Source: Blepharisma stoltei ATCC 30299
Lineage: Eukaryota; Protista; Ciliophora
Direction: 5' to 3'
Assembly: GCA_965603825.1 (NCBI GenBank)
Contig: CBFDEM010000005.1
Location: 434,001-498,000, forward strand
Length of the DNA stretch: 64,000 bases
A program made the position numbers and the translations under genes. Below are positions 62,317 to 64,000 of this stretch, piece after piece (position 1 is the first letter of the stretch; each line of letters begins with the position of its first letter). The notes beneath the pieces were generated by a model. That model saw nothing but the letters and a program-made list of their open reading frames with translations, did no database searches and was not told the origin of the DNA.

Positions 62317-64000
62317 ATGGCTGAATCAGACGAAGAGTGATGGAAAGAAGAGTTCTTAGCGAACATTGAAAAATGCAAACAAATGGCAGTACTTTTAGTA
62401 GTCATTGAAAATTCAATGAAATTTATATCTGCATTTATTATGGACAAATCTTTTATTTTTAGCTATACAAGTATTTTGATGACAATTGTCACTTTTTTAA
62501 TAGCCTGCCACCTAAATAAAACAAATATAAAGTGCAATAACTTTAACGTGCTTTGTGCAATTGTATTCACTGAACTATTTAACTCAGCTCTATTTATAGT
62601 TGGAAATAAATTTGACAAAGATTCAAAAAGTATTCTTTTTATGGAGTCGACACTAATTACAGTTTTATTTGAATCTTCTTTTATAAATTCGTTATTCTTT
62701 GTCAACCTAGCCCTAATAAAGAATATCATGCTATGATATGGAGCCTCAATGCTGTTTGGAAGCGACGGGATAAGCTCTCTAATTCAAATAATTGCTTTTA
62801 TAAGCTGCCTCACCATTCATACCACTAAAGAATATCAAGTAAGGAGAACAACCTTTGAGCGCTATTCTTATAGAAAAAAGCTAGAAAAATCTGAAAAGCG
62901 GCTGGGAACTATATTAAATGTTATTCCTGACGGCTTAGCTATTTTTAGCTCGCAACTTGTTCCAGAATTAATAAACGAAAAAATGAAAGACTATTTAAAT
63001 TGCGATAATGAAAATTTTATTGAAAAATTGATTGGGCTAAGGTATGTAAAAAATAAGAAATTTCAAAATATTAATCCAGACTCTGACAGTTTAATTGAAG
63101 ATCTTAAATTATATAATAATTTGAACCTCAGTGGAGAATTGATATTGGGGATAGTTAAAGAAAGCGATCTCAGCTTACAATGAAAAATAAAAAGAATTAC
63201 GGTCGAAGATGAAGAAATTATCCTTGTTACAGCCTCTAACTCAGGACAGTTAATTGAGCTTGAACAGAGAGAAACAGAGGACAAGGTCAAAAAGTTTATG
63301 CTGAGAACTATTTCTCACGAGCTTCGAACTCCTATTTCTGCTATTATTTCTTTTGCAAATCAGATTTATGAGCAGACTGATGATTCTTCACAAGTCAGGA
63401 AAAATGTGCAACATATAAGAACATCTGCACGAATTCTGATGTATTTTATTAATGATATATTAGACTATATGCAATTAATGAAAGGAATGTTCAGTCTCAG
63501 ACAGCAAGAATTCAATATACGAGACAAAATTATTGAGTGTTGCGATTTATTTGAACTAACTGCATTACGCAAAGGAATCGAGTTGAAAACTCGGATAGAC
63601 CCTCAAATTCCTGAGATTATTTACAATGATCCTGAAAGGATATGCCAAGTTTTAATTAATTTTTTAAGTAACGCTACAAAGTAACCTTTATGCAGATTTA
63701 CCAACAAAGGGCGAATCGAAGTTTGTGTGACTTTATCAGAGGATGATAGGCTGAAATTTAGCATAAGCGACACTGGGATTGGGATACCAGAAGAAAGATT
63801 TAACCAAATTTTTAAGCTGTTTAATAGCTACGATACTGATGAGATGGCCAGTCATGGTAGTGGGCTGGGGCTGCACTTGTCAAGTCTTCTAGTCCGAGAA
63901 CTTGGAGGAGGCGATATTTATCTTCACTCAGTGCAGGGAAGAGGCACTGTTTTTTCCTTTAAAGTTAACTTCGCAGCAGAAACAAGACAGAGCTTTTCTG
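62317..64000 (+). CDS. Membrane-bound sensor histidine kinase (TM, PAS-like, HisKA, HATPase); 3'-truncated by the window; one 15-nt intron
   Basis: ILNVIPDG, SHELRTPI, QVLINFLSNATK|FT across intron 63681-63695, DTGIGI, GSGLGL, GRGTVF. Confidence 0.92.
63681..63695 (+). other. 15-nt intron GTAACCTTTATGCAG
   Basis: Removal restores the N-box NATKFT. Confidence 0.93.

Noticed and set aside
645-63290. Many short antisense or alternative-frame ORFs in the track (e.g. 645-905, 11078-11368, 17219-17485, 50281-50565)
   Set aside because: They are shadows of K/E-rich or conserved genes on the other strand or frame, with no independent motifs.
1-64000. tRNA, rRNA, CRISPR arrays, telomeric repeats, retained IESs
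   Set aside because: None recognised by eye; small ncRNAs cannot be excluded without Infernal or tRNAscan-SE.

Overview
AT-rich, gene-dense eukaryotic DNA that reads as a heterotrich ciliate macronuclear genome, most likely Blepharisma (inference). TGA is read as Trp, genes end in TAA/TAG, and the introns are 15-16 nt (GTAA...AG). The supplied ORF track therefore fragments most genes; I rebuilt about 33 by reading TGA as Trp and removing 9 tiny introns. Recognisable genes: a P4-ATPase-guanylyl cyclase fusion, a WD40-TRP-like channel, a ~2,940-aa golgin-like coiled coil, two Ssn6/Cyc8-like TPR paralogs, three RING/B-box proteins (one with FN3-SPRY), AK8-like kinase, BPNT1-like phosphatase, MCM9-like helicase, PIN4, RPL26, coilin, nucleoside hydrolase, ATP synthase delta, a ZFP36-like zinc finger and a histidine kinase cut by the window edge. 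The most novel-looking content is in the first 7 kb: an ATP-grasp-like/truncated-haemoglobin fusion, a recent 1.1-kb tandem duplication of an atypical Arf with switch-region divergence, a hidden pair of cyclin-like paralogs, and a possible Tc1/mariner relic. I saw no rRNA, tRNA, CRISPR array or telomere. All family calls are by-eye motif recognition, not database searches.
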